A stretch of 59,095 nt of DNA. Source: an uncultured Candidatus Saccharibacteria bacterium. GTDB lineage: Bacteria; Patescibacteriota; Saccharimonadia; Saccharimonadales; Saccharimonadaceae. The position numbers and the translations under genes were made by a program. Positions 25,543-35,716 of the stretch are shown here, one piece after another; position 1 is the stretch's first letter; each line of letters starts with the position of its first letter. The stretch covers positions 1 through 59,095 of the forward strand of contig CAYRGP010000002.1 in the NCBI GenBank assembly GCA_964423995.1, written 5' to 3'. The notes beneath the pieces were generated by a model. That model saw nothing but the letters and a program-made list of their open reading frames with translations, had not been told where the DNA came from and searched no databases.

Positions 25543-27783
25543 ATGAGTGCAACCACACAATTAAAATTTACTTTGGGTAGTGGCGACCCTATCGTCATCC
25601 CAGATAACACTACTACCACTACTACAGTAGGTATTCCGAATACTGGCGAGAACTCTTCTGCCGGCGACCAGATGAGTGGTACGGTTTTCTCGACACTTTT
25701 TGCTGTCATAGGGATTGTGGCACTCATTGTGCTATTTGTGAAGTATCTTAAGAAAAATCGTAAAATCTCCTTTGCAAAGCGTGGCTCATTCCATATCTCT
25801 GCAAAATCTCGCATCCTTGTGACCTCTGCTTTTGTACTCGCTATCGCCTTCCTGGGCAGCACTATTATCAGCCAGGCAATTAAGCGTGATGAAAAATCCG
25901 CCGAAGCTGCCAGCACCGAACTTCCAATTACCTATACCCCAGAAATGACCTTTGATGTTGATCGTGGCGAGTTTGCCGCGCTTTCTGACACCATTAAAAT
26001 TGACAATAATGGCGCAGAATACATACTATACATATACACTGCAAGCGATAAGTTCTGCCTGAATGGGACTTCTACCTGCCTTAGTTCTGTCGCTGGAAAT
26101 ATCGCCAGCAGCAGCATAGATGATCTTTCTTCGGTTGCCGTCAATCAATGGGGGGTAAGCCTTAAAAGTGACGATCCAGCAGCTAAAATTTGGGGTGCAG
26201 CTCCAGTAGGCGATGCCGGCACCGTTATTTATTCTGGAACAAACTCTGACGTATCCGTGAACTATGCCGTCAATGTTGGGGAAGATCTCCCAGATGGTAC
26301 TTATTACGGCTCTGTTTCCTATCGTGCTGTTTCGAAAGACGATCCATCGAAAGTCTATAATGTTATTGTTAACAATGGTTACGTAAATAAGGAAGGGTCT
26401 GAATCCAAGAGTACATTTCCTAGCGGCATCCAAGTTTGGATTCGCCAGAATTGCGGCACCAAGAAGTTTATCGGCTGGTACGTCAACAGTGGCTTAAGCT
26501 CAGTGTCTAATATTAAGGGTACTGAAAATCCATACTACTTCATTATGCCGTCCAACGACGTAGAAGTGACAGCCGTTTGTGAAGGTGATCCAACTCCAAC
26601 TGAAGCAGATATTAAAATAGTCTATGATAAAAATGCTTCTGATGCTACTGGCACCACCCCAGATACCGAACTGTCTTATGATGATAAAACTGTCACTCTT
26701 CAGAACAATGGATTCACGCGCACGGGCTACACCTTCCTGGGCTGGTCTTGTAATAAAGATGCCACCAAAGGCACCTATAAGAGCGGCCAGACTGGCGTTA
26801 GCGTGACCGAGCTCAAGAATAACTGTCCGCATGATGAGGAGTCTAGTCCGGAAGTAATTACAGTTTATGCCATCTGGCTCAAAGAGCCTGAGTGGCTCCA
26901 AGAGGTCACGCAAGCTTACTGCGACAATATGAACGTCCTAGATACCAAAACTCTCAAAGACGGACGTGACAATAAGGAATATTCCTTCCGCAAATACGCT
27001 GACGGTCGTTGCTGGCTGCTCCAAGATCTAAACTACACCGATGTCGCTGCCAATGGCAATAAGCTTTATCCGGCCGGTGACTCCCATCACCCCGCTACCA
27101 CAGATGTCAGTAGCACTAAAAACTTTACCTTGTCCACCTCTGATAGCGATGCGCTCTATAAGACTCAAAGTGGCTATAGCACCCTTTATAATTACAAGGC
27201 TGCTACAGCTGGTATGTGGAACAACCAAGGCGCCAACACTAACATTTCCGACTCCCTCTGCCCGGCCAACTGGAAACTACCGTTCTCCACTAGGGAAAGT
27301 GGCTCGTTTAGCAAGTCAGCTGGCGAATTCTATCAACTTTGGGAATACAACATCGGCAAGAAAAATAGCGGTGGCGACGGGAAAGATGTAGCTTGGAAGA
27401 ACAGTTTCTTGCTCGCGACCAACGATAACTCTACTTACCACGGTCCACATTTCACCTATAATGGCTCTTGGAGCTTTGGCGGGAACGATTGGGCTGACGA
27501 GAATGCAAAACCAGACAACTATGCATCATACTTCTTCGGCACAATTGCGACTGGTGGTCAACCAGCTGCATATAACCCACACAAATCAGCTTCAGGTTCC
27601 GTAAATGACAATATAGATGACACTAACCCTGACCACGGCAGCTCTGTCCGTTGTCTCCTCCGCACCGATAAACAAATGACCGATAGGAGTTACTCTGGTC
27701 CAGACAACCCGCTCAAAAACGATTACTCGGAGTATAGTGGTCCAGTATCCGATGGTTACCGCGACTACGTAAACAGCCTGTAA
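25543..27783 (+). CDS. Surface protein: N-terminal PNTG-TM segment, InlB B-repeat and C-terminal Fib_succ_major domain
   Basis: IPNTG followed by two TMs; NGFTRTGYTFLGWS..VYAIW; LKDGRDNKEYSFRKYADGRCWLLQDL, LYNYKAATAG, SLCPANWKLP, SVRCL. Confidence 0.85.
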   Translation: MSATTQLKFTLGSGDPIVIPDNTTTTTTVGIPNTGENSSAGDQMSGTVFSTLFAVIGIVALIVLFVKYLKKNRKISFAKRGSFHISAKSRILVTSAFVLAIAFLGSTIISQAIKRDEKSAEAASTELPITYTPEMTFDVDRGEFAALSDTIKIDNNGAEYILYIYTASDKFCLNGTSTCLSSVAGNIASSSIDDLSSVAVNQWGVSLKSDDPAAKIWGAAPVGDAGTVIYSGTNSDVSVNYAVNVGEDLPDGTYYGSVSYRAVSKDDPSKVYNVIVNNGYVNKEGSESKSTFPSGIQVWIRQNCGTKKFIGWYVNSGLSSVSNIKGTENPYYFIMPSNDVEVTAVCEGDPTPTEADIKIVYDKNASDATGTTPDTELSYDDKTVTLQNNGFTRTGYTFLGWSCNKDATKGTYKSGQTGVSVTELKNNCPHDEESSPEVITVYAIWLKEPEWLQEVTQAYCDNMNVLDTKTLKDGRDNKEYSFRKYADGRCWLLQDLNYTDVAANGNKLYPAGDSHHPATTDVSSTKNFTLSTSDSDALYKTQSGYSTLYNYKAATAGMWNNQGANTNISDSLCPANWKLPFSTRESGSFSKSAGEFYQLWEYNIGKKNSGGDGKDVAWKNSFLLATNDNSTYHGPHFTYNGSWSFGGNDWADENAKPDNYASYFFGTIATGGQPAAYNPHKSASGSVNDNIDDTNPDHGSSVRCLLRTDKQMTDRSYSGPDNPLKNDYSEYSGPVSDGYRDYVNSL

Positions 27784-27788
27784 ACCTC

Positions 27789-27815
27789 AAAGCTGGCCGA
27801 TAAGGCCAGCTTTTT
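27789..27815 (+). terminator. Intrinsic terminator
   Basis: aaagctggcc-gataa-ggccagcttttt. Confidence 0.8.
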
Positions 27816-27832
27816 GTGCTATAATAATACTA

Positions 27833-29569
27833 ATGGTAAAAGAATATTGGAGGTTTATCCGCGAATATTGGGCCATCGCTGACCTCAATTCTTTTTATTT
27901 TTTTCTTAGCCTCGTCACCGCTATCGCCTATAAGGCACTAGCCATTGCTCAGCCTTTCGTTGCCGCTATGATTATTAAGTCGCTTTCCGAACAAAACACG
28001 GAAGGGACTTATCTAAACATTGCAATTTTCATCGCTGTCTATTTCTGCTATCGCCTTGCCCTCTACCTTAACTGGCGTGCCTATTCTTGGAACGTCAACT
28101 ACAGTTATCGCCGCCTTCATGACCAGATTTTCCAGACTCTCATTGGCGTCGACCAAGATTTTACCCGCAAAATCAATAAGGGATTTTTCATGAACACTAT
28201 CAACACGGATCTCGTCGCTATCAGTGAAATGGCTGATGAGCTCGCCGAGTTTTTCACTACCCCCTTCCAAATCCTCGCCATTATCATTATCGTTAGTGAA
28301 TATGGCTGGATTTACCCCGTTATCTACATAGTTTCATGTGTTATCTATTACGCTATCCGTAACCAAGCCGACAAAGGCTATAACCTTTTTTGGCAAAAAA
28401 CGCGTAATGAAGACGACCATTATTCTAATCTTTTAAGCCAAGTCATTGCCGGTCTCCAGGAAGTGAAAACTTTTAATATGTTGCCGAAGCTTCGCCAGCG
28501 GCTCCATAAAATCCATTCATATTATGACAAATTCTATAAGGGGCAGCGTACTGAAATTGCCATCAGAGATTCGGACTGTGATTTTATCTACTATGTTTTC
28601 CAAGTTATACTCTATCTCATCCTCATAGTCGCTTTCGTCAGGGGCGACATCGCCATTGATATCCTTGTCCTCATCATTAGTTACCATGAATCTGCTACAA
28701 ACTATCTCGATAATTTCACCGATGCCTGTATTGATATCCGTCTAGCTAACGCCTCCGTTCATCATATTCGTACCATCCTTAACTACCATCCGGAAGAAGA
28801 GTTTGAGTTTGGCAATCGTTCGGTCGAGCAGCTCTCCGGTCACATCAAATTCAAAAACGTCTCGCTCACCATCGACAAAAAACCTATTTTACGGAACATC
28901 AATTTAGATATTAAACCCCACGAAACTATTGCCATCGTAGGTTTCCCCGGAGCGGGGAAGACTATGCTTTTTAATCTCCTCCTCCGCCTCAAGCGTCCCA
29001 CGAAAGGCCAAATTTACCTCGACGATATCAATATTAACGAGCTCTCCAAGGAAATTTATACCTCTTCCGTCGCAGTGGCGAACCAATCTCCCTTTATCTT
29101 CAATACCAGCATCCGCCATAATCTCGATTTTGTCGATACTAATCCGAAAAAGCAAATTGAGGCCTGCAAAATCGCCGGAATCCACCATTTCATTCACTCT
29201 TTACCCCAGGGCTATGATACGATTTTGCGAGAAAATGCCGCCAATGTCTCTGGCGGCCAAAAACAAATGATTTCTATCGCGCGCGCAATTTTGACGGACG
29301 CTGAAATTATCCTCCTTGACGATGTCACTACTTCGCTCGATCCTGATACCGCCAAGCTCGTCCCCGCGCTTCTCAAACGTCTCGAGAAAACCCGCACCGT
29401 TTTAATGATTACTAAAAAACCCGAGCTCATGCGCCTCGCTAATCGCATAGTTGTGCTGAGTAACGGTAAAATTGAGGCGATTGGCACCCATTCCAAACTG
29501 ATGAAGACCAGCGGAACTTATCGCGCACTTCAGCTTACTTCTATTGGAAAGGAGGGGCCAAATGTTTAA
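27833..29569 (+). CDS. ABC exporter, fused permease/ATPase (degenerate subunit of a heterodimer)
   Basis: GFPGAGKT and VSGGQKQ; Walker B is LLDD with no catalytic Glu; switch is ITKK with no His. Confidence 0.9.
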   Translation: MVKEYWRFIREYWAIADLNSFYFFLSLVTAIAYKALAIAQPFVAAMIIKSLSEQNTEGTYLNIAIFIAVYFCYRLALYLNWRAYSWNVNYSYRRLHDQIFQTLIGVDQDFTRKINKGFFMNTINTDLVAISEMADELAEFFTTPFQILAIIIIVSEYGWIYPVIYIVSCVIYYAIRNQADKGYNLFWQKTRNEDDHYSNLLSQVIAGLQEVKTFNMLPKLRQRLHKIHSYYDKFYKGQRTEIAIRDSDCDFIYYVFQVILYLILIVAFVRGDIAIDILVLIISYHESATNYLDNFTDACIDIRLANASVHHIRTILNYHPEEEFEFGNRSVEQLSGHIKFKNVSLTIDKKPILRNINLDIKPHETIAIVGFPGAGKTMLFNLLLRLKRPTKGQIYLDDININELSKEIYTSSVAVANQSPFIFNTSIRHNLDFVDTNPKKQIEACKIAGIHHFIHSLPQGYDTILRENAANVSGGQKQMISIARAILTDAEIILLDDVTTSLDPDTAKLVPALLKRLEKTRTVLMITKKPELMRLANRIVVLSNGKIEAIGTHSKLMKTSGTYRALQLTSIGKEGPNV

Positions 29570-31319
29570 ATATTATTATCGTATCATCAAGCATTTCTTC
29601 GAGTTAAAATGTCTTAACAAAAAATGGCTTGTCCATCTCGCCGTCTCCGCTATTCTGCGCATTTCTGTATCGCTCGTCATCCCGTTTGTTGCTGCGCTCA
29701 TTGTCGACAATCTCGAGACGGGGAATTACGAAAATGCCTACTTCAGTCTTGCTCTCTTTTTCCTTTCTGCCGTCACCTTCTTACTTTGCCGCCGCTATAA
29801 TTACTGGGCTTACTATAAAGCCTCCAATGACATTCACAATTGCCTTCAGCGCCATATTTTAGAAAAGGTTACAGAATTCGACCCCAGCTTTACCGCTGAT
29901 ATTTCCAAATCCGAGTTAATTGCTACCGCTTTTCGAGATATCGACCAAGCTTCCCAAATTCCGGATTACTTCATAGACTTCGTCAGCAATATTCTTAGTA
30001 CGGTTATTGCTGTCGCTATCCTCTGCTTTGTAGATTGGCGCATCGGCATTGTGGCCGGGCTATTCCTACTCACTACTTTAGGCTCTTTCATTCGCCACAC
30101 TAAACTCCGCGACCGCTACCTAGCCTCTCAACATGAGCATGACGATGAAATTACTGGTCTCTATTCCCAAATCATTGATGGTTACAAAGAAGTCCAGACT
30201 TTAAACTTAAAAGCTAAGCTCCAAGAAAACCTAGAATTAGAAAAGAAAATCTGGAATAAATATTACAAAAAGCAACGTTTCCATCGTGATTTTGCCATCG
30301 GTTTCGTTCCTATCGTTCTTGGCTCCGGCCGCATCCTCCTCTACCTCTTTTCTGCCGGTCTCATTTTGAGTGGCGAATATAACGTTTCCTTGCTAATTCT
30401 CGTCCTTGGTTACTACGAAGACATCATCAGTAGTTTTGATAAAATTTCCGAGACCATTGATGAAATTTCTTATTCTTCAGTTGCAGTGGAGCGCCTCCGT
30501 CGGCTCTTAAATTACAAAACTCCCCATATGGATGAATTCGGCGAAAATGAAACCGATCAAATTGCGGGTCTAGTCGAGTTTAAGAATGTCTCCTTCAAAT
30601 ATGAAGAGCCGCCCAAATTTGCCCCAGACGGCTCCAAGCTTAAGACCCCTCTTAAAAAGGCACCGAGTCTAAAGCGGGTGTCTTTCCATGCTCAGCCGGG
30701 AGAAATTACCGCCCTTGTCGGTAAGTCCGGCTCCGGCAAATCTACTATTTTCCGTCTGCTCCTCCGTCTCTATAAAATTAACAGAGGCGAAATCTTACTG
30801 GACGATACCAATATTTATGATTTCACCAAAAAAGCTTACGCTGGAAACGTCAGTATTGTTACGCAAAAACCCTTCATTTTCGACATGACCATTCGTGAAA
30901 ATCTCAATTTAGTAGATGAAAATCGCAGCCACCAAGAAAAAGTCTGCAAGTTCGTCGGTATCCACGAAGATATTATGAAGCTTAAGAAGGGCTATGATAC
31001 CAAATTAGTCGCCGATGGTTCCAACTTGTCGCTTGGTGAAAGACAGCTACTCTCATTAGCCCGCACTCTCCTTTCTGGTTCTGAGGTTCTACTCTTTGAT
31101 GAGGTCTCCGCTTCTCTAGACTCCACCAGTACAGCCCGCATTATCAAAATCCTCCAAGAACTAAAGAAGCATCACACGGTGATTGTTATTACCCACAAAC
31201 CTGAAATTATGAATTTGGCAGATCATGTAGTGGTCATAGATAATGGCGAGGTCGCCGCTGAAGGTATCCCGAGCGAGCTCTTGAAAAATAGCCCCGCCTA
31301 CCAGGCTTTACAACAATAA
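29562..31319 (+). CDS. ABC exporter, fused permease/ATPase (consensus catalytic subunit)
   Basis: GKSGSGKS, LSLGERQ, LFDE, ITHK; ATG 29562 after AAGGAGG. Confidence 0.9.
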   Translation: MFKYYYRIIKHFFELKCLNKKWLVHLAVSAILRISVSLVIPFVAALIVDNLETGNYENAYFSLALFFLSAVTFLLCRRYNYWAYYKASNDIHNCLQRHILEKVTEFDPSFTADISKSELIATAFRDIDQASQIPDYFIDFVSNILSTVIAVAILCFVDWRIGIVAGLFLLTTLGSFIRHTKLRDRYLASQHEHDDEITGLYSQIIDGYKEVQTLNLKAKLQENLELEKKIWNKYYKKQRFHRDFAIGFVPIVLGSGRILLYLFSAGLILSGEYNVSLLILVLGYYEDIISSFDKISETIDEISYSSVAVERLRRLLNYKTPHMDEFGENETDQIAGLVEFKNVSFKYEEPPKFAPDGSKLKTPLKKAPSLKRVSFHAQPGEITALVGKSGSGKSTIFRLLLRLYKINRGEILLDDTNIYDFTKKAYAGNVSIVTQKPFIFDMTIRENLNLVDENRSHQEKVCKFVGIHEDIMKLKKGYDTKLVADGSNLSLGERQLLSLARTLLSGSEVLLFDEVSASLDSTSTARIIKILQELKKHHTVIVITHKPEIMNLADHVVVIDNGEVAAEGIPSELLKNSPAYQALQQ

Positions 31320-31373
31320 GGTTGTCAATTAAGCTTAAGGTATGATATAATAAGAGAATATAAGTGGGATTTT

Positions 31374-33041
31374 ATGGCAAACAGAATGATTGACGGAACT
31401 AAGAAGAAACCAGTTGCGCCGACTGCTGTCGGGGTAGATGGGGTGCGTATGGTGCGCGCAAAAGCTTCCTCTGGTCATACCGCGCCTGTCCATAGGCCCA
31501 CTCCCAAGGCTTCAGTCCAGCCGCCTCGTCCGATTAAGGAAGAAGCCACAAAAACCAATGAAGAATTAGAAACAGAGGAGGATGCCTTGTTAGCTGCAGC
31601 ATTTAATGAAAAACCAGACAAAAAGAGTCACAAACAGACTAGAGCTGACTTTGTGAAGCCGGTTAATGGTTTTGACATGGATCTCTCCGAAGACGAAATC
31701 AAAAAAGATGCTCCGAAGAAGAGGCATATCGTTAGAAACATTGTTATTGGAGTATTGGTTTTGGCATTAATTGGTGGTGTTGTCGCTTATTTCTGGGGAG
31801 ACGCCATTATCCGGAAACTCACCGGCGGAAGGTCCGGTATGGGCGATTTGATTGGTGCCGTCACTAGCGACACTTATGTAAACCTCAAAAAAGATAGTCG
31901 CGGCCGGACTAATATCCTAGTTTTTGGCACCAGTGGCTGGACCATGGAAGATGAGACCCATGATGGCGCCATGTTGACAGATTCGATTATGGCGGTTTCA
32001 TTAGACTCTGAGACCGGCGATGTAGCCATGGTGAATTTGCCTAGAGACCTTTATCTCGGGAACACCTGTACTTCCACAGGGAAAATTAACGAGGTCTATT
32101 GGTGCAACAATATTAATGATACAGACGAAGAAGGTGGCGCTAAGGCCTTAGAAACTGAAGTATCAAAAGTGTTAGGTATGGATTTCCAGTACTTCATCCA
32201 TCTTAACTGGGGCGCTTTAGTGCAAATCGTAGATATTCTAGATGGCATCACCGTTACGGTAGACGAAGATATTAATGACTATGGCTGGACCAATATTATC
32301 ATGAAAGCCGGTGAACCGACAGTACTAGATGGTGAGCAGGCTTTAGGTCTTGCTAGAGCTAGACATGGCACTGCATCGGGTGATTTCACTAGAGCGGCTA
32401 GCCAGCAGAAGATTCTAATCGCTATTAAGGACAAAATCCTAGAAAAAGGTCTTAGCATTACCGATATCATTGGTATTATGAACTCAGTTGGTGATAATGT
32501 ACGTACAGACTTCAATATGGATGAAATCAAGAGTCTTTATCATACTGTCACCACAATCGACCTTTCGACTATGCGTTCTATTTCCTTATTAGACCAAGGA
32601 GATGGCACCAGCCTTGTCACTACCGCTAGCTTTGACCCGAGCGGATTAGGGTACGAGGTATCATTTGTGGTTCCAGCTGCCGGTCGCTACAACTATCGTG
32701 ACATCCAGAAGTATGTCGACAAACAATTATCTAGCGACCCAGTCGTGAGGGAAGACCCCGCAGTAATAGTACTTAATGGTACAGGCGAAAGCGGCGTAGC
32801 CTCAGTAGAAAAGGGCAAGCTAGAAGAAGACGGATTTGAAAATGTAGCTGTTGGAGATGCCCCAGAGGGATATTGGGAGGGCATCAAGGTCTACGATGCC
32901 AGCTCTAAGGCTCCGGGCAGTCTCGCCAAAATCGCCAAAAAATACGGAGTAGAGGCGACCGACAAGGTTCCGGCTGAGGTAGACGCTACCGGATATGACA
33001 TTGTAATTATAATCGGTGTTCAGAAAACTTCCGAAGAATAA
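31374..33041 (+). CDS. LCP (LytR-CpsA-Psr) glycopolymer transferase with LytR C-terminal domain
   Basis: TNILVFG, LTDSIM, NLPRDL, KINEVY, LARARH..GDFTRAASQQ, VIVLNGTGESGVA. Confidence 0.92.
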   Translation: MANRMIDGTKKKPVAPTAVGVDGVRMVRAKASSGHTAPVHRPTPKASVQPPRPIKEEATKTNEELETEEDALLAAAFNEKPDKKSHKQTRADFVKPVNGFDMDLSEDEIKKDAPKKRHIVRNIVIGVLVLALIGGVVAYFWGDAIIRKLTGGRSGMGDLIGAVTSDTYVNLKKDSRGRTNILVFGTSGWTMEDETHDGAMLTDSIMAVSLDSETGDVAMVNLPRDLYLGNTCTSTGKINEVYWCNNINDTDEEGGAKALETEVSKVLGMDFQYFIHLNWGALVQIVDILDGITVTVDEDINDYGWTNIIMKAGEPTVLDGEQALGLARARHGTASGDFTRAASQQKILIAIKDKILEKGLSITDIIGIMNSVGDNVRTDFNMDEIKSLYHTVTTIDLSTMRSISLLDQGDGTSLVTTASFDPSGLGYEVSFVVPAAGRYNYRDIQKYVDKQLSSDPVVREDPAVIVLNGTGESGVASVEKGKLEEDGFENVAVGDAPEGYWEGIKVYDASSKAPGSLAKIAKKYGVEATDKVPAEVDATGYDIVIIIGVQKTSEE

Positions 33042-33447
33042 GCTTTTCTTCTTCGCCGATTTCAGGGCTGATAATCTCAAGACGATAAGACGAGGCAGGG
33101 TGTTCGGCTGTGCCTAGAGATTGGAGTTTTTTCAGTGCAAACTCGAAATAAAACTCTGTCGTGTCGATGGTAATAGTAGGCTCACCATCATCTCCCAAGC
33201 GATAACCAATAGTATAAGTCGCATTTTGAACAGGTAATTTTTCCAAAATAGGGTATTTATCGCGTTCCTTCTCGCCTTGCTCAATCGAAGCGTTGCTAGC
33301 TTCCGCTTCCAGGTCTTTTTCGGACGGCTCATTCGTGAAAGACAAGAAATTAATAATCAAAAATATTGCCACCGAACCAAGTACTATGATACTAATTAAA
33401 ATAATTAATGGATTAAAACTTTGTTTTTGCTGAGTACGATTCATCAT
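33007..33447 (-). CDS. Hypothetical single-TM protein, last gene of the rnpA-yidC-jag operon
   Basis: 146-aa ORF whose start overlaps the jag stop; N-terminal TM. Confidence 0.7.
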   Translation of the reverse strand: MMNRTQQKQSFNPLIILISIIVLGSVAIFLIINFLSFTNEPSEKDLEAEASNASIEQGEKERDKYPILEKLPVQNATYTIGYRLGDDGEPTITIDTTEFYFEFALKKLQSLGTAEHPASSYRLEIISPEIGEEEKLILRKFSEHRL

Positions 33448-33899
33448 ATTTTAGAGATAATGAGGTGGCGCTCCCTACCTTCGCCCTCAGAGTGAGTCTC
33501 AATATCCGAATAATCTTGCGCAACTTTATGGACCACGCGGCGATCCGCTGGGCTAAGCTCCAAGGTCATTGGCTCGCCAGTAGTTCTAACTTTGCTAATC
33601 CAACCTTCGGCCTTTTCGGCAATTCGCTCTGCTCGCGCCCGCTTATAATCGGCCACGTCTACGTTGACGCGCGTAATCTCGGCATCATGTGCCACTAGGG
33701 CCTGCGAAACGATATACTGCAAGGAGCGTAAGTTGTCGGCATTGCGGCCAATCAGTAATGAATTTAGGGAAGTGGACGGCACTTCCAGTTGGATGACTTC
33801 GTCATCGCAAGTACTATCTACCGCTACATTGATACCAAAAAAGCTCAATAAATCCTCTAGGAATTTAGTGGCATAGCGAATAGCTTCATCTTTATTCAT
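33444..33899 (-). CDS. jag: Jag/KhpB/EloR RNA-binding protein (KH plus R3H)
   Basis: LLIGRNADNLRSLQY, DVADYK, DRRVVH, SEGEGRERH. Confidence 0.9.
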   Translation of the reverse strand: MNKDEAIRYATKFLEDLLSFFGINVAVDSTCDDEVIQLEVPSTSLNSLLIGRNADNLRSLQYIVSQALVAHDAEITRVNVDVADYKRARAERIAEKAEGWISKVRTTGEPMTLELSPADRRVVHKVAQDYSDIETHSEGEGRERHLIISKI

Positions 33900-33904
33900 A
33901 ATAA

Positions 33905-34942
33905 TTATCTCCTTTTCTTTTTACTATCCTTAGCGGAGATGCGAGTGATTTTGGTGCCCGATTTTTTATTTTCGATGACCTCGGCCTCTTTAATTTTGCT
34001 TAGCTCTTTTAAGATAGCCTTATCTGTAGAAGCTTCCATTTTATCCTCGGCTTTGCCGAGAATAATTTTTTGTTGGATGACCGTGATAATATTAGTCAAA
34101 AGATAATAGAATGCCAAAGAGCCCGGAAGATTAAACATAATAAGGAACATCATTAGTGGCATCATAAAGCCCATCTGGCGTGACATCATTGCATTCATGT
34201 CAGCCTGGTCTGGCTCCTTACCCTCTTTGGCTTCTCGCATAATCTGTTTGAAACTCTTCTTGTCCTTTTTGTCGTGGCCCGTCGGCATCTGCTGGCGAGA
34301 AACGAAGTATTGCATGAAGGCAGCGGAAATCGCGAAGAGCAGAACGATAATTTCTGATATAGTAATCGGACCAGAGAATACACCAGATGCTGTCGCGTTC
34401 AAATCCACTAAGCCAAATAGCTTCGGCGAGAAATCGTAAGTCGCATCATTATTGCCATCTTGGCGCGCCTGAATATAGGCGTCTTGTTTTTCAGAAAGCT
34501 CTTTGATGCGGTCCAAATTCTGTACCGGCTCATAAGCACAGTGCGACATATTAGTATAGCCACACATATCGCCATTGGCCGGGCGTGGATTCGCCACCAC
34601 CGAAATAGCAGTATAGAGAGCAATAAAAATCGGCAACTGAATGAACAACATCAGAACCGAACGGAAAGGTTTAATATTGTTTCGCTTGTAGAGATCCATC
34701 ATCTGTAAAGATTCCATCTGACGGTTACCCTTACAACGCTTCTTAATCTCTGTAAGCTCCGGCTGGATTTTACGCATTAATTTTGTCTGGTTAAGCTGCT
34801 TTTTAACTAGCGGCCACATACAAATCTTAACAAGTACTGTGAAGATGATAATAGCCAAGCCGAAATCACCGACAAAATTATAAATCACAAACAGAACGTT
34901 CACGAGCGGCCGGACAATGAGAAAATCAATCAACTCAAACAT
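33905..34942 (-). CDS. yidC: Membrane protein insertase YidC
   Basis: FGLAIIIFTVLVK..KIQPEL..IQLPIFIALY..PGSLAFYY..QQ. Confidence 0.93.
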   Translation of the reverse strand: MFELIDFLIVRPLVNVLFVIYNFVGDFGLAIIIFTVLVKICMWPLVKKQLNQTKLMRKIQPELTEIKKRCKGNRQMESLQMMDLYKRNNIKPFRSVLMLFIQLPIFIALYTAISVVANPRPANGDMCGYTNMSHCAYEPVQNLDRIKELSEKQDAYIQARQDGNNDATYDFSPKLFGLVDLNATASGVFSGPITISEIIVLLFAISAAFMQYFVSRQQMPTGHDKKDKKSFKQIMREAKEGKEPDQADMNAMMSRQMGFMMPLMMFLIMFNLPGSLAFYYLLTNIITVIQQKIILGKAEDKMEASTDKAILKELSKIKEAEVIENKKSGTKITRISAKDSKKKRR

Positions 34943-34949
34943 AAAATAA

Positions 34950-35294
34950 TTATACCATACTTTCCTTTAGAAGACTAGAGACTAAGTCTCGTAGTTTCTC
35001 AAACGGCATCGTCAGCGGTTTTTTGGAATAAACTATAAAAATATTATCCTTCGCTGCCGAAAAATTCTGCTCGCTTTTTGTGAGACGGATGGCCTCATAA
35101 ACGCGCCTCCGGATACGATTTCTCTCCACTGCAGATTTCGCCACTTTTTTAGAAACTACCACCGCATAACGTTCCTTCTTCCGCTCGTTTATAGCGTGGA
35201 CCAAATTAATATCTGGCTTTCGAATCGTCTTGCCATGTTGGTAGGTATATCTGACGCCACCGCGAGAATGAAACCGATATTTTCTATTTAACAT
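34950..35294 (-). CDS. rnpA: Ribonuclease P protein component
   Basis: MLNRKYRF..AVVVSKKVAKSAVERNRIRRR; start set to ATG 35294. Confidence 0.93.
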   Translation of the reverse strand: MLNRKYRFHSRGGVRYTYQHGKTIRKPDINLVHAINERKKERYAVVVSKKVAKSAVERNRIRRRVYEAIRLTKSEQNFSAAKDNIFIVYSKKPLTMPFEKLRDLVSSLLKESMV

Positions 35295-35365
35295 ACCGTA
35301 TATTATATCATAAAAAAGAGGTGGCATATCATTATCAAATTCCAGAAATTTGGTATAATAATTAT

Positions 35366-35716
35366 ATGAGCGTAAAACTGACTAAAAAGCAGACTGCGGT
35401 CTATGATTTCATTAGGGAGTTCATTGAGGAAAATGGGTACTCTCCGTCTTATCGTGATATTATGAATGGGCTTGGCCTATCTTCCGTTTCTGCCGTAGCA
35501 GAGCATGTGGAGAATTTAGTTGCTCTCGGTGCTCTGAGAAAAGCTCCGGGCGCAGCTCGTTCTCTAGAAGTCATCGATATTTCTTATCCCGAAACTACCG
35601 CGCTTTTTCGGTCAAAATATCTCTATGGTACAGAACAAGAAAAAGCGATTTTAGAGCAAGCGGCCACTATTTTAAATATAGATTTAGAAGAGGAGGAACA
35701 TGAAGAAACTCGTTAG
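35366..35716 (+). CDS. LexA-like winged-helix DNA-binding protein lacking the S24 peptidase domain
   Basis: LTKKQTAVYDFIREFIEENGYSPSYRDIMNGLGLSSVSAVAEHVENL..GAARSL; only 116 aa. Confidence 0.82.
   Translation: MSVKLTKKQTAVYDFIREFIEENGYSPSYRDIMNGLGLSSVSAVAEHVENLVALGALRKAPGAARSLEVIDISYPETTALFRSKYLYGTEQEKAILEQAATILNIDLEEEEHEETR

Noticed and set aside
26900-27783. Fib_succ_major domains (also at 1-600) as diversity-generating retroelement targets
   Set aside because: No reverse transcriptase and no template/variable repeat pair differing at adenines is visible. A remote DGR cannot be excluded without the full genome.
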